From Lama guanicoe (Eukaryota), in NCBI GenBank assembly GCA_013239625.1, contig MU054212.1, positions 1,426,001-1,490,000 of the forward strand: DNA of 64,000 nucleotides, given 5' to 3'. Below, one piece after another: positions 50,850 through 62,920 of the stretch (position 1 is its first letter; each line of letters starts with the position of its first letter). The notes beneath the pieces were generated by a model. The model did no database searches. It was not told the DNA's origin and worked only from the letters and a program-made list of their open reading frames with translations. The translations under genes were made by a program, and so were the position numbers.

Positions 50850-50956
50850 GTTTGGGGGGGAGGTAATTAGGCTTATTTATTTGTTTTTTAATGGAGGTAC
50901 TGGAGATTGAACCCAGGACCTTGTGCATGCTACTGCTGAACTATACCCTCCCCTAC
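50850..50956 (-). mobile_element. Camelid tRNA-derived SINE (Vic-1-like)
   Basis: Reverse complement gtaggggagggtatagttcagcagtagcatgcacaaggtcctgggttcaatctccagtacctccattaaaaaacaaataaataagcctaattacctccccccc has A-box-like and B-box (ggttcaatc) elements. 12-bp TSD taggtggtttct (50838-50849) / taggtgacttct (50957-50968), 2 mismatches. Confidence 0.85.
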
Positions 50957-51234
50957 TAGGTGACTTCTTAAAGCTTGATTTTAGGAGGAAAAAAACTCAT
51001 GAAGAATTTAAGTTGTGGAGACAAGTAGGTTTCTTTACTGAGGTTACATGCTGCTATCTTTGTAAATAATTTTTTTTTCTTATTCAGGAAAGCAGTACAT
51101 GTTCACTACAAAGTTTTTGGAAAATACTGAAAGTATATAGAACAAAACTAAAATTGCCCCATGATAGAGATAGTTCAATTAAAACCATTTAACATATAAG
51201 CTTGTTTTATGGGGAAGAAGACAGAAAAAGGTAA

Positions 51235-51455
51235 CTTGACTTTATGGAGTACTTGCCAGGCTTTGTGTTGTTCAGGTTAGCTTATGTCATACCATTTAAT
51301 TTTTGTAACAATCTTAATGTGAAATGTGTTACCTTCTCCCTTTTCCAAAGCGTGAATTTTGAGCTCAGAGATGTGCATTAACTTGCTTGGTTTGAGCTAA
51401 CTATCCAGTGCAGAACTAGGTCTGCTCAACTTTAAAGTCTAGGGCCATTGCCACA
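51235..51455 (-). mobile_element. MIR SINE, diverged
   Basis: tttatggagtacttgccaggc...atttaatttttgtaacaatc...ttgagctcagagatgtgcattaacttgc. Confidence 0.6.
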
Positions 51456-53580
51456 AATTACGATGATTTGTTTTCAAACTTTGCCGTCAAGTATTTGTTT
51501 TCTAGTTTGCTTGGCTCAGGCACTAAAATATGAGATTTTCCTTCCCATACATATGACAGTAGTTACTCAACAATTTCGCTTTGATGTGTTTACTCTGATG
51601 GGTGAGTGTGGTCTGAGGAGAATCTAGGGTCTCTGTACTCACAGTGACTCGAAGGACAAAGGAGGGCTTCTTGGTGGGAAGAGAAAGCATTGTCCCACCA
51701 CCCTCTAAGGGAAAGCAGACAGTTATTTGACTCAATTCTGTTCTGCTTCAGTGAAAGGATCAAATATAGTGATAGAGATGAAGGCAAAACCTGCCATTGT
51801 GTGTTGTTTTAAAAAAGTAATTCCAGATGGGAAGCTAAAATAATGAATATCGTTTTCTGAAAATTAAACACTCATTTTCTTCTGCTTCCAAGTTAGCCCC
51901 AGGCAAAACGGTGTTTTTATGTTTCAAGACACACTGAAGTTAGTGTGAGGCCATGTGGGGCTGCAGCGGCAGGCACACTGTAGGTCAAGGGTAGGTGGGT
52001 TTGAGGCACATGTGTTTCCAATCTGCATCTCTCAGGCTGGTCTCTTGCAGGAGAGAGGTGACCCCAAGAGGAGAGAGAAGGAGTCATGGCGGGAAAGCCC
52101 ATGAATGTTGTGCCTTCCCCACCCCCACCCACTTTGATATGCACAGGGAAGGGGAATCAGGGCAGAAGGAAGAGCTGAGGCTGGCCAGACTCTCTTGTAC
52201 AACTACTGTCTACCCAAATGGCGCCCACTGCCCTCAAGCCCCACCTGAGTGGAGGAAGGTCTCTGTTCCTGCTCACGTGGGATCCTTCTTACAGACAGAG
52301 ATGAGACTGAGGTCGCCCCCATAGTCCTTAGCCTCCCTCTCTTCCCTGGATGGTGCAGCAGAGTGCAGGCTTGCTTGCCCAAGGCTGGATGGTGAAGAAG
52401 GGAAAGTTCACTTCCAGGGCACCCAGCCTTTATTCTCTCCTATTCCTTTCTGTTCTGTCAATGCCTACACACCCATACCACTTACTCTTACACTTGTTTT
52501 TGCTTCCCTTCTATCAGCATTTCCTTAAGTTAAGTGTTCTTGCTTCTGTGGTATGGGCATGATTTTTTAGCTGATATTTGAACAATCATTGAATTGAATA
52601 ATTATATAATTTAATGTTTTTACCAAAAAGATCAAATAAAATCTTGATTTTTCATGGCTGTGAATTACATAGGAAATTGTTTTTGGTAGGTCCATCTCCC
52701 TGTCTCTGGTTAACAACCCCAAACTTGGAGAACACTATGACCAAGGTCTATACAAAGAAAGGGACACAAGGCAAGGGGTAACCAGAATAAAGCTGCCTAT
52801 GTGGTCTTCTGACCTTAAATTTTTACTGGCCTTTTATGGCTGTCACTTTTCCAGTCCTGAGCCAAGATTCAAATGGGAATTACCAGGAAGCATTCAGGGT
52901 TCAATTTTTTGACAGATTCCTTCTTCCCTGGTTAGGAATAAATGTAAGTGAGAATATGATCAGAAACCTCTCCTTAACTTGAAAATATTGCAGAATCCAC
53001 TGCTAAAGCAATAGCTACCTAACGAAAATCCTTAGACTCTGTGGCCAGAGTTGTTTTTGATAATAGGATAGCCTTTGATTATCTTTTAGTTGAGCCTTGG
53101 AGGTGTTTGTGCTGTGGCCAGCACCACCTGCTCTACACCTGGATTAACACTTCTGGAGAAGTTGAAACTCAGTTATGTAAGATCACGAGAAAGCCTGTTG
53201 GCTTAAAAAGGTGACTTCTTCAAAGAGGTCTTTAACTTATTTGATTTTGATTGGTTTAGGTCTTGGGGAACCATGACTCCAAAGTGCACTCCAGATATTG
53301 GGAATTATTCTGCTTATTATAATCATAATAACCTCCTTGGTGCTTTGTATTCTCTTGAAAGCTTTAGATGCATGTTTGGAGCTGCTCACTATTAAGCAAA
53401 AGAGCCCCCTAAGACTGGAACATCAGAAAAGGAATGAAGAAAAAAACCGATTTAAAGATTATAAACCTGAGGCCTTGATCTGTGAATATCACAGGGATTA
53501 AGCAAAAACACCTTGATATGTGGATACCACACCAAGGATCAACAAAAGCTGTGAGAGTACAGAGCAGCAGCAAGGAGTGG

Positions 53581-54010
53581 TGTTAATGTCTTAAATTTTT
53601 ATCTCTCAGTTAAGCTAAGAATATGATCAAAAGTGGGGAACTATTATAAAAGAAACTGTAGGCCCCAAGTGAAGTCATTTGTGCTAAGCCCTATGTCAGC
53701 AAACAGACTTTACACCCAAAATAAATGCAGTTATAACCTCTTCCAGGAATGTAGTCTTAACTGGTTAGTCTGCAAATGTCTGATCAGCACCAATGAAGTA
53801 ATCTGTCCCATAGCCTCCTTCCCATAGGTAGGTTCCTAAACCTGAAATAACCCACTCTTTTCCCTCTTCTGCCTATAAAAGCCTTCCATTTTGTACAACT
53901 TCTTGGAGCGCCTTTCTGCTTGCTGGCTGAGATGCTGCCTAATTCATAATTGGTCAGTTAAGCCAATTACTCCTTAAAAATTTTTTTGGCTCAATTTTTG
54001 TTATTTAACA
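53581..54010 (+). mobile_element. ERV1-like LTR element
   Basis: TGTTAA...TTAACA termini with gtgg/gggg flanks; CCAAT near 53790; cctataaaa TATA near 53872; cttggagcgcctttctgcttgc R-like region; PPT-like aaaagtggggaa at 53629-53640. Confidence 0.75.
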
Positions 54011-56883
54011 GGGGACATATTCACTCGCCTACTTAGTACTATGCATCTTCTATTTACTGGGGGGACCATGATAGGATTGAGACCCACCTTCTGAGAGTGG
54101 AGATTTTTGGTATACAGGGAAAATGGCGATTAATCAGAGGAATAGCTCATGGGAGAGAACTTAGCATTTTCTTCTCTGGAGGACACTCTCATCCGTTTTG
54201 AGGCATGAGGTTGTCTTATTTTAGAAAACAGAAAAGGAGTAGGGACTGGGAAGGTACTTTTTAAAAAGAGGGAGGTTAAAGGAAAAGGCTCTAACATAAA
54301 GGATGTAATGAATGCATAGCCTATTGTCATTAAGGAGGGAGACTCAAATGGCAGGGGATTACTTTTTTAACACTTCTCCGGGAAGAAATAGTGTGGAGTA
54401 ACTGAAAATCATGCAATTAGACGGAGCAGGAGTTTTGGCATATTGCTTGAAGCCTGCTGAGTTGTAAGGCATGTGACTGAAGGTCAAGGAGGGTATGCAA
54501 GTAGATATGGATTAATAAACACACTGGAGTGTCTTACTGAGATAGTAATATTTGGATTATAAAGCACCTTTATAAACTATTTGAGCCCATGATTAATTGA
54601 AGCTCACAAATTTCAAGCAGTGAAATGTGTTTTACTGCAATTGCTATTAAGAACTATCAGCTATCCGATTCCTTGATTTCCCTAGTGAATTTTATAATCT
54701 AAATTAAACAGAGAATGGTATAAATTTTCCCTTTTTTGGGTAGCTGATTAAAACCAATATCATCTCAATATACTATTATATAGTAGTTGTATTTGACTCT
54801 ATGGAACAATTTATTATGGATCTGATTACTTCCAGTATTTTTATGAATTGATCATAAGCCAATTTGAAAACTTACTGATCTAAAATAAGTTCAGTAGTAA
54901 CAGAATATACTGCCTGTAAGAATTATTAATGAAATAAATCAGGATACATGGAAATTAGCATCTCTCCCTGTATAAATTATGTTGTCATGAGACTGTAAAT
55001 CACTGCCTGTAACTTATTGCTGGCTTCAGATGTAATCCTTGGTACTGGCTTTATTATCAGTTCATAACTATGCCTGAATAGGGAAAACTGTTTTCTCAAC
55101 AGATTCTTCCTTAAAACATTTTTAAAAAGAAAAACAAAAGAGCTAAAAACACAAGTATGAAGAGATCATTATTTATCTGTAATTATAAAAAAAAATCTAA
55201 AAATGCCACTATTTTTATTAAAATAGCTTTACTTTCTGAAGAAGCATATGTACCATTTTAGGTGTGATAGAAGTTTGTGATTGGAAATTTTCTCAAGTTT
55301 TTCAAGAAAAAATATTCTTGCACACAAATTTCAGAGGCAATTCATCGTAAAAGACTTGAAATGGAGAAAAAAGTGACAATATTTTTGTTCCCTATAACCA
55401 CAACTGTCTTCTTGCATTACAGACAGCAACTAAACAAAGGGGAAACCAAAAAGTGCTTCAGGATGTTTTTTTCATGAATTCACAAATCAGGAAACAAAAC
55501 CTTGGGGGAAGCTGGGGCTGATTGCTTTGAGCCTCCTCCTCCTCTCTCTCTCACAGCCCTGCTGGATTCTTCTCAATGGGCCAGGACATGTGCCTTTCTC
55601 CATTGTGCAGGAGAGGCTGACACTTATTTCTCCTAAGTTTCCCAGTGACTCTTTGAGGGTCCAGGGAAGAATTTTTATTCTATGTGCAAGAGTCAGTTGG
55701 ATTAACTTTATGAAGTGTCTGTGACAAACCACAGACCAGTGGGAAGTAGATAATTAGGGGCTATGGGTTTTGGTGGGTATGTGTTGCTTAATTCTCCCTT
55801 TGTCCCTTAGTTCAATCTCCATAAAGTCCAGGACCCCTCATTCTCTTGCTAGAACCCCCGAAGGGCTGCTGCTTCTCAACTCTCAACCTCCTATGTGAAT
55901 GTACAACAGACTGAACAATGGCTACCTTGACCTGCAGATTCACTGTACTTTATACATTCTAGCCAGTTTCTTAATGGGAGTCAACGGTGTAACCTTTTAG
56001 GTCACATGGGCACTTTCAGAAGTCCAGGCTTCTTTCTAAGTGCTTAGCAGTGATCTCTGCTGCTGGTACCATTTCTCTGGGTGTTCTCCTTCTCAAGACA
56101 TGATACATGTGCTGTGTGACAACTACCATTTCTCTCGATGTGTGTGTGTCTCTACAATCTTCTTACCACATCTGTGCATTACTATGTTTACTTTATCAGG
56201 AAATCTGAAATCATGCAGGTATGTGTGTTCAGTCAATGCATCTAAATAATAATATATTATCCCGAGGTGGGAGTAGAATGGGGTCAGTGATGGGAATGCT
56301 GAAAACCGTCCAAAGAATGTGTTCTTAGATGGGAAGGAGGACAGGAAGGTGCCTGGAATCTGACTTTTAAGAGAACAGAACTTTGTCAGGAAGTTAGGAA
56401 GGCTGGCCAAGGAGGAGCAATCTATATGCATAATCACTTAAAAATAGCACAAGGTTGATTGGACAAAAGCCAACAGAGGGCTTTTGTGTTTAGGAGACAG
56501 GTGTGAAAAAAAAATCATGAAAGGACTGTTTACAGAGGTGGAGGAAAACAGACATTGTTGTGAAAGTTGAGAGAGCAAAACACTTGGATCAAATAGAGGA
56601 CTACAAAAGCCTTTAAAAGGGCACTTAAAAAGCTATACAGTCAGTGGTTATGTTGTGGAGATCACAAATACACACCTACAACACGAACAAGACATTATGA
56701 TGATCGTAAAGACTTTTTATACCAAGGTTACTTGACTTAAATTGGAAGTTTGGAGACAGGATGAAATATGGGTTCAAAAATATTTAGCCAAGTTAGGTGA
56801 CCCTAAAGGGCATTCTTGTGATAGAGGTTGCATTGCTGTAGAAGATATATATGAAGACCTTGATAAAATTGTTTCATGGCATG

Positions 56884-57237
56884 TGTTATGGATTGAATGT
56901 TTGTGTTCTCCACATATTTATACATTGAAATCCTAACCCCCAATATGATAGTATTAGGAGATGGAGGATTTGGGAGGTAATTATTTCATGTGACTGGAGC
57001 CCTCATAATGGGATTAGTATCCTTATAACAAGAGACACGAGAGCTTAGCCTGGTCTCTGTTCCAACCACATAAGGACGCAGGGAGAAGATGATTATCTGC
57101 AAACTGGGAAGAGGGCTCCCTAATCTGCTGGCACCTTGATCTTGGACCTCTCAGCCTCTAGAACTGTGAGAAATAAATGTTGTTTAAGCCACCCAACCTA
57201 TGGTAATTTATTATGGCAGCTCAAACTAACTAAGACA
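56884..57237 (+). mobile_element. MLT1A/MLT1A0-like MaLR solo LTR, full length
   Basis: tgttatggattgaatgtttgtg...ttgaaatcctaacccccaa...agaactgtgagaaataaatgttgtttaagccaccca...actaagaca. Confidence 0.92.
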
Positions 57238-58232
57238 GTTTGTGGGAGTAGAAACAAACCATGTCCTCAAATTTATATATTTTATATAATGAAATCTTTA
57301 AGACATGTGGGAATGTCAACATCAGAAGTATACATTTTTTTACAACAACTACATCTTTAAAAATCTGTACATATAAGTTGGCTCTGAACTTTTCATTTGG
57401 ATCTTGTCATTGGGAAACCAGGAGATCATCTTATTTTGGAAATTGGCTTATCTGTGGATGTAGCTGATAGACCTGGCCTGTGGACACATTACAGATGCCA
57501 ACTGCTGTTTTCTTAAACCTGCTGCACAGAATTTAGCAAGAAGCAGGTGCTCCGTGACTGTGGAATGCTGGCTGAAGCGTCTACCCCTGAAAACAGATTC
57601 TTTAGGCTGACTTGCACATTAAACCACCTGCTAGTTGAACACCTACCTCAGTTTTTCAGCAGTGAAACTGCAAGCCTGAGGAGGGGCCAGAACATTCTCT
57701 GCTCTGCATGAATGTGAGTGAAGCAGAGGACAGGACATTATTACCAATGGAAAGCCTCTGTCTGCTCCACCATCCAGGCTGGGTAGATGGTGACTGATGG
57801 GAACGAAACTCGAGTCTTCATATACTTTACTTCCTGATGATAGTCTGATATAGGCAGGGCAGGCCTCACCGAGAATGAGGAGGGGACTCTGTCATGTGAT
57901 TGAGGAGTGCCAACAAGCCTCTCAGACCTAAGGTATCTCCTGTGTTAGTTTGCCATCGTGCGTGATGTTTCCACCAGGAGGTGTCTCAGAGCCAGTTTGG
58001 GCCCCAGCCTCTCTTTTGCCCTTCATCTTTTCAACTTCTTTATTAAAAAGTCATATGTGATGGTCAAAGGGGGCTAGTTTGTCTACCGGGTCAGCTGAGT
58101 AGTGCCCCAGAGAAGGCCTACAGGAATGGGACAAGGAGCAAGTTAAGTTTGAGTGGAACCATAGTCTGGAAAGCTCTGGGAGGCTGAGGGCAGATGGAGG
58201 ACCCTGGAACTTTTGGGGAAACAAAAGCATCT

Positions 58233-58878
58233 ATTTGGAAGGCAGAATTCTAAGATGAATCCCAATGACCTTTACCCTTGTATTATTTCTTCCTCTTGAG
58301 TGTGGGCAGAATCTGAATAAGATGAGCTGTCACTCCCGTGATTATGTTGCATTGTACGGGAAAAGGGATTTTGCAGATGTAGTTAAGATTTCGAATCAGT
58401 TGACCCTAAGAGGGCAGTTATCCGTGTGAATCTGATCACAGGAGCCCTTTCCACCTGGATCCAGAGGTCAGAAGTAGAGGAGTCAGGGATTTGAAGCATA
58501 ATAAGGTTTGATGTACATTAATTGGCTTGATGTCGGAGGAGTGGGGCACATGACCAGGAATGTATACAGCCTCTAGGAGCCAAGAGCTCTGCCTCACTGG
58601 CAGTTAGCAAGAGAGCAGGAACCTCAGTCCTGCAACCACAGGACCTGAATTCTGCTAACACCAAGAATGAGCTTGAATGTAGATTTTCCCCTAGAGCCTC
58701 CAGACAAAGACTCAGCCTGGGGTGACACTTTGGTTGCAGGCTTGGCAGATCCAGGGCAGAGAACTCAGCCATGCCATGCTGGACTTCTGACCTAAGGAAC
58801 TGCAGGTTCATATATGTGTCTTGTTTTAAGCCACAAAGTTTTTGGTAATTTGTGATGAGCTATAGAAAATGAATATAT
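58233..58878 (+). mobile_element. MLT1E-like MaLR solo LTR
   Basis: ggcagaattctaagatg...aagggattttgcagatgtagttaag...ctgaattctgctaacaccaagaatgagcttg...ttgttttaagccacaaagtt...tagaaaatgaatata. Confidence 0.88.
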
Positions 58879-60019
58879 TTTGCTAATGCCATAATTTTTC
58901 TGGATACACACATTGCTATTGTATTATTTTCCTCCCTTTCAGATAGAGCAGTTTGTGAGTAATATGTAGATAAAATCCTTATATATTGTGGCTAGGGAAA
59001 CTGAGGATTGTTGGGTGTCTTTTTTCCTGTTCCCTTTCTTCACAGCAGCTATATATAGGCCATGATATAAAATATGAGTGAGTTTTTTTCTCTCATTTGG
59101 TTTTGCATGCCGTAGGGATTCCAGTACTCCTGCTTATTACAGCAAAAGCCAAATGTAGGCACTAAATAGCACATTTTGAAGTTCCTCTTACTGTCCCCTT
59201 TCCAATATTTTGCTTTGCTTCCAAACATCACACTGCTCCTCATTCCAGCTCCGTTGCCCTAGATTTGAGGCTATCCACATTTACCCTGAGAAAGGACCCC
59301 ATGTGTCAGAGCACAGCCAGTTGTGCTTTCTATTCCACTTATGACCACGTGGGACTCTGGCATTTACCAGCCAATCTGTCCTCTGGAGACTTCTCACTAG
59401 CCTCTTGAACCTGCAAGTTCTCCAGAAGCAGCAACAGAGCAGCAGTGGTTCCATTTTCTCTCCTTACTCCCAAGTGAAGGGGCAGAGCCCATGGGCCTGG
59501 CAGCATAAGGACACTATTGAATCAGTGCTTTTGCTCAGGTTGTGGACCCCAAGCTGTGAGGCCTGGTGGTTAAGCAACTGCCCCAGGTCATCTCAGGAAC
59601 TCATCCCCTGAATTCTATGCAATCACAGGCTGGATATTCAATCCATGTTAATTAATGATGATGACAGATCTGGGATTCAGCTTCCCCAAACTGTGGATTC
59701 CAGTGCTGGTGAACAGTAAAATCCATGTGTTGAGATTGACACACATGTTGTCCATCAGTAAAGCCACTAAGATCAATGAAAAATATGGAGTTTTAGAAAT
59801 TGCTTGATTCAACAGCTACTTTGGGTCATGGTTCAGTCTCTGGCTGAAACACTCAAACTTTACTCTTTCAGGAAAAAGAATAGGTCAGATTAACTGCTCT
59901 CCTGTGTTGGCAAGCACCATCATCCACAACCCAGGATGCTGGTGGTTTTCTCTTCTGTGGCTCTCATTCAAGGCTATTGTCCTTCACCTGATAGTTTCTT
60001 AGATACATGCAGTGATTTT

Positions 60020-60872
60020 TGTGATATGATAAGAAACATATATGTGATCTGTCCATGGTCCTTGGCACAGAACTAAGATTTGTCGTTTCCTGAGTGATAG
60101 GAGGTGACAAGAAAGTCTTTTATTATTCATAAACAGCCCCTTTTAACTACATCTGGGTTTATGCTAATGGGGTGACTCCTGCTGGACCCCTAGGTAGCTA
60201 CAGAATGGGGTTTGGTTGCCATAGACACTACCCATGTGATTAGAGGGTTGGACCATTCAGCCCCACCCCTCGACCTCCAAGGAGAGAAGAGGGGCTGGAG
60301 ATTGAAGATGGTCAGTGGTGTAATCAATCATGCCTAAGTAATGGTTCTCAAAAAAGATTCTAAATAATGGAGTTCAGAGAGTCTCCAGGTTGGTAAATGC
60401 TTCATATGCTGGGAGGATGATGCACCCCAAACTCCACAAAGAGAATTTTCTGTGCTTGGGACCATTCTGGACTTTGCCCTATGTAGCTCTTCATGTGACT
60501 GCTTATTTGTATCTTTTATAATATCCTTTATAATAAACTGATAATATGTAACGTGTTTCCCTGAGTCCTGTGAGCTGTTGTAAGAAATTATCACAACAGT
60601 ATGCTGATTTGTAGACAAGTTGGATAGAAGTATGGGTACCTGGGGAACCACTTATTGTGATTGACATCTAAAGTGGAGGGCAGTCTTGTGGGACTGGGGG
60701 AGGGGCCTGTCCCACAGACCCATGGGACCTGTGTTAACTCTGAGCAGTTAGTCAGAAGCGAGTTAAATTGTAAAACACCTAGTTGGTATCTGCAGAGAAC
60801 TGGAGAATTGGAGAACTGATTAGTGTGGAAAACCTACACACTTGGTGTCAGAAGTGTCGTGAGGAGAAACAG
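60020..60872 (+). mobile_element. MER21-family LTR
   Basis: ttattattcataa...gtttatgctaatggggtgactc...catgtgattagagggttgg...gtttccctgagtcctgtgagctgtt...ttggtgtcagaagtg. Strand follows the recalled consensus. Confidence 0.85.
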
Positions 60873-61049
60873 ATCATATTGTATATACACACATATTTAT
60901 AAATACAGACTTCTGTTGCATGAGCCTGTAGATTATACTGTTCAGGAGAAATGACATCTAAATACTCTCCACTTAATTATGTTCTGAAATCTACGTCACA
61001 TGGTACAAGTAATGATTAGAAGAATGTGAGATTTGCTCAGACAGGAAGG

Positions 61050-61398
61050 AGGCTTAACTCTTTTTGCTCAAGCATCAAGTGTTGGTTGATTGAGGCTGTG
61101 CTCTGGTAGGTGGTTCCACTTCAAGTTATGGTCTGACTAGACTTGGCTTTTGTCTGTGAATTGGGCTCAATTTTGCTTCACGTGTATTCATTCTGGGGGC
61201 CAAGCAGGGAGGCAGCAGTGATCTAACAGGGGACGCTCTTCTCAGGCAGGGGGCAAGAAAGCAGTGGAAACAGATGCTGCCTCTAAGGCCAGGCTCAGAA
61301 TTGGCATCCTATTGTGTCTGCCCACGTTTTATTGGATAAAGCAAGTCATGTGACTGAAGCCCCAAGCAGAGGTGTGCAGAAGCCTTGGAGGAGGAAGG
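61050..61398 (-). mobile_element. Old MaLR LTR (MLT1H/I-like)
   Basis: tattcattctggggg...aaggccaggctcagaattggca...cccacgttttattggataaagcaagtcatgtgactgaagccc. Confidence 0.7.
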
Positions 61399-61417
61399 CA
61401 GGGAGTAAATTTTTTTT

Positions 61418-61564
61418 GAGTGAAGGTAGATTTATTCAGAGAGATACATTGAAAGGCAAGAGAAAGGCCACAAGGTGTGGGGTTTGGGTGCTCAGATTAA
61501 AAGTAGGTACACACTCCACAGACAGAATGTGGGCCGTCTCCGAAGAGGGAGAGAGAGGGGCGGC
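61418..61564 (-). mobile_element. Short polyadenylated retrocopy resembling an LTR R region, with long TSD
   Basis: Direct repeats cagggagtaaattttttt at 61399-61416 and 61565-61582. The minus strand ends ...tctctgAATAAAtctaccttcactc followed by an A run. Confidence 0.85.
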
Positions 61565-62144
61565 CAGGGAGTAAATTTTTTTAAACAGCAACCTGATTCA
61601 CCCCAGGAGGAAAGCTGAGGATATGTGTGCATTTATATCCCTGCTCTTTAAACATACCAGCACCCATGCAGTCTGGGAGGTCTCTGAGGAGCTGAAAGAC
61701 TTAGTGCTTGGACAGTCCACATAAACAGACAAGTCAACAAACAGAATCTCGAACAGTATTCAGCTGTTCTAGCACTAAAGCTTGTGTTATATAAATTTAT
61801 TCTGTTCTTTATTCTGGCTTCTCCACATTAATTCAGGTCACTCTCTGTTAAAAAGTGAGACAAGAGAGTATTTCAAAGAAAAATGTTCTCTACGAAATAT
61901 TTAAACATGGTTAAAACTACTAGCAAGATGGAGTTGAATGTTTTATGTGTTAACCGGTGCTCATATCTTGGTTCCGTTTGGGTAGTATGGGGAGAACAGT
62001 GGTGGTGAAACCTATGCCCTGTGGTTATTACTCAGTCACCTGGAGGAATTTTAGGTGGATTTTGTCCCTACACCCAAAGCCAAACACCCATGCAAGATGT
62101 TGGATTATCTCAGTTTGTTCAATGAGAGGAATGGAAGTTAACTC

Positions 62145-62744
62145 TGTTACCAAACTCAAGTTCAGCTACTCGAAAGCCAATACCCGAGAGATGAGTGTGG
62201 GTTGGAAAGGAAAAGTTGCTTTATTCAGGAGGCTGGCAACCTGGGGAGAAGGCAGACTTGTGTCCGAAAAGCAACTCTGAGGATTCTGCTCAGACCATGA
62301 AAGTTTTAAAGGGAAGATCATTTGAGAAGAGGATCAGAGTCTTTGTTATCTTCCACTGTGTGTAGACTGTCTTCTGATTGGTTGGTGGTGGAGTAATGGA
62401 GTGGTGTTCCAGAAATCTGATGCTCAGCCTGAAGTCACCATCCTCCACCTGGGTGGGGGCCTTAATTCCTGTAGAATAACTCAAAGGTATTGTTATGTGT
62501 ATTCCTTGAAGAGGAATCAGGACCCTACCCCAAGGCTGCACTGTTGTTTCCTGACTGTTCCTCCCTTTTCTTTGCACTCTCTCCCTTCCCTGATTAGCAA
62601 TTGTTTGAATCTGCCCTTTGGAACTCTGGGAAGGTCGAGGAGGCTGAATGAAGCCTATTTCCTACAAATAAGAAATGAGGGGGGAGGTGGGTAGCACAGA
62701 AAGGGTTTGTACATGGCAGGGCCCCATGGCGTCCTGCTGTTTCA
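62145..62744 (-). mobile_element. MER41-like (artiodactyl-type) ERV1 solo LTR, 600 bp, both ends intact
   Basis: TG...CA termini with exact 4-bp TSD actc (62141-62144, 62745-62748). Minus strand begins tgaaacagcaggacgccatggggccc and has CCAAT (about 62376), TTTAAAA (about 62305) and AATAAA (62220-62225) in the expected order. Confidence 0.88.
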
Positions 62745-62811
62745 ACTCTAAGGAAAGGATTGAGGAAGGGGGTGTGTGTATTAACATTTGAGGATCTACC
62801 ACGGGCTTGAG

Positions 62812-62920
62812 ACACTGGCTCAGAGAGGTAAAATAATTTACCTAAGGTCTCATGATTAGAAAGAGGTGAGCCAGGATTCAAATTCCAAAAGCCTACATAA
62901 TGGTGCTTCTTTCTATACTT
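62812..62920 (-). mobile_element. MIR fragment
   Basis: actggctcagagaggtaaaataatttacctaaggtctcatg...gagccaggattcaaattcca. Confidence 0.75.

Noticed and set aside
50850..50956. tRNA gene
   Set aside because: It has A/B-box-like elements but no complete cloverleaf, and carries a SINE tail and TSD.
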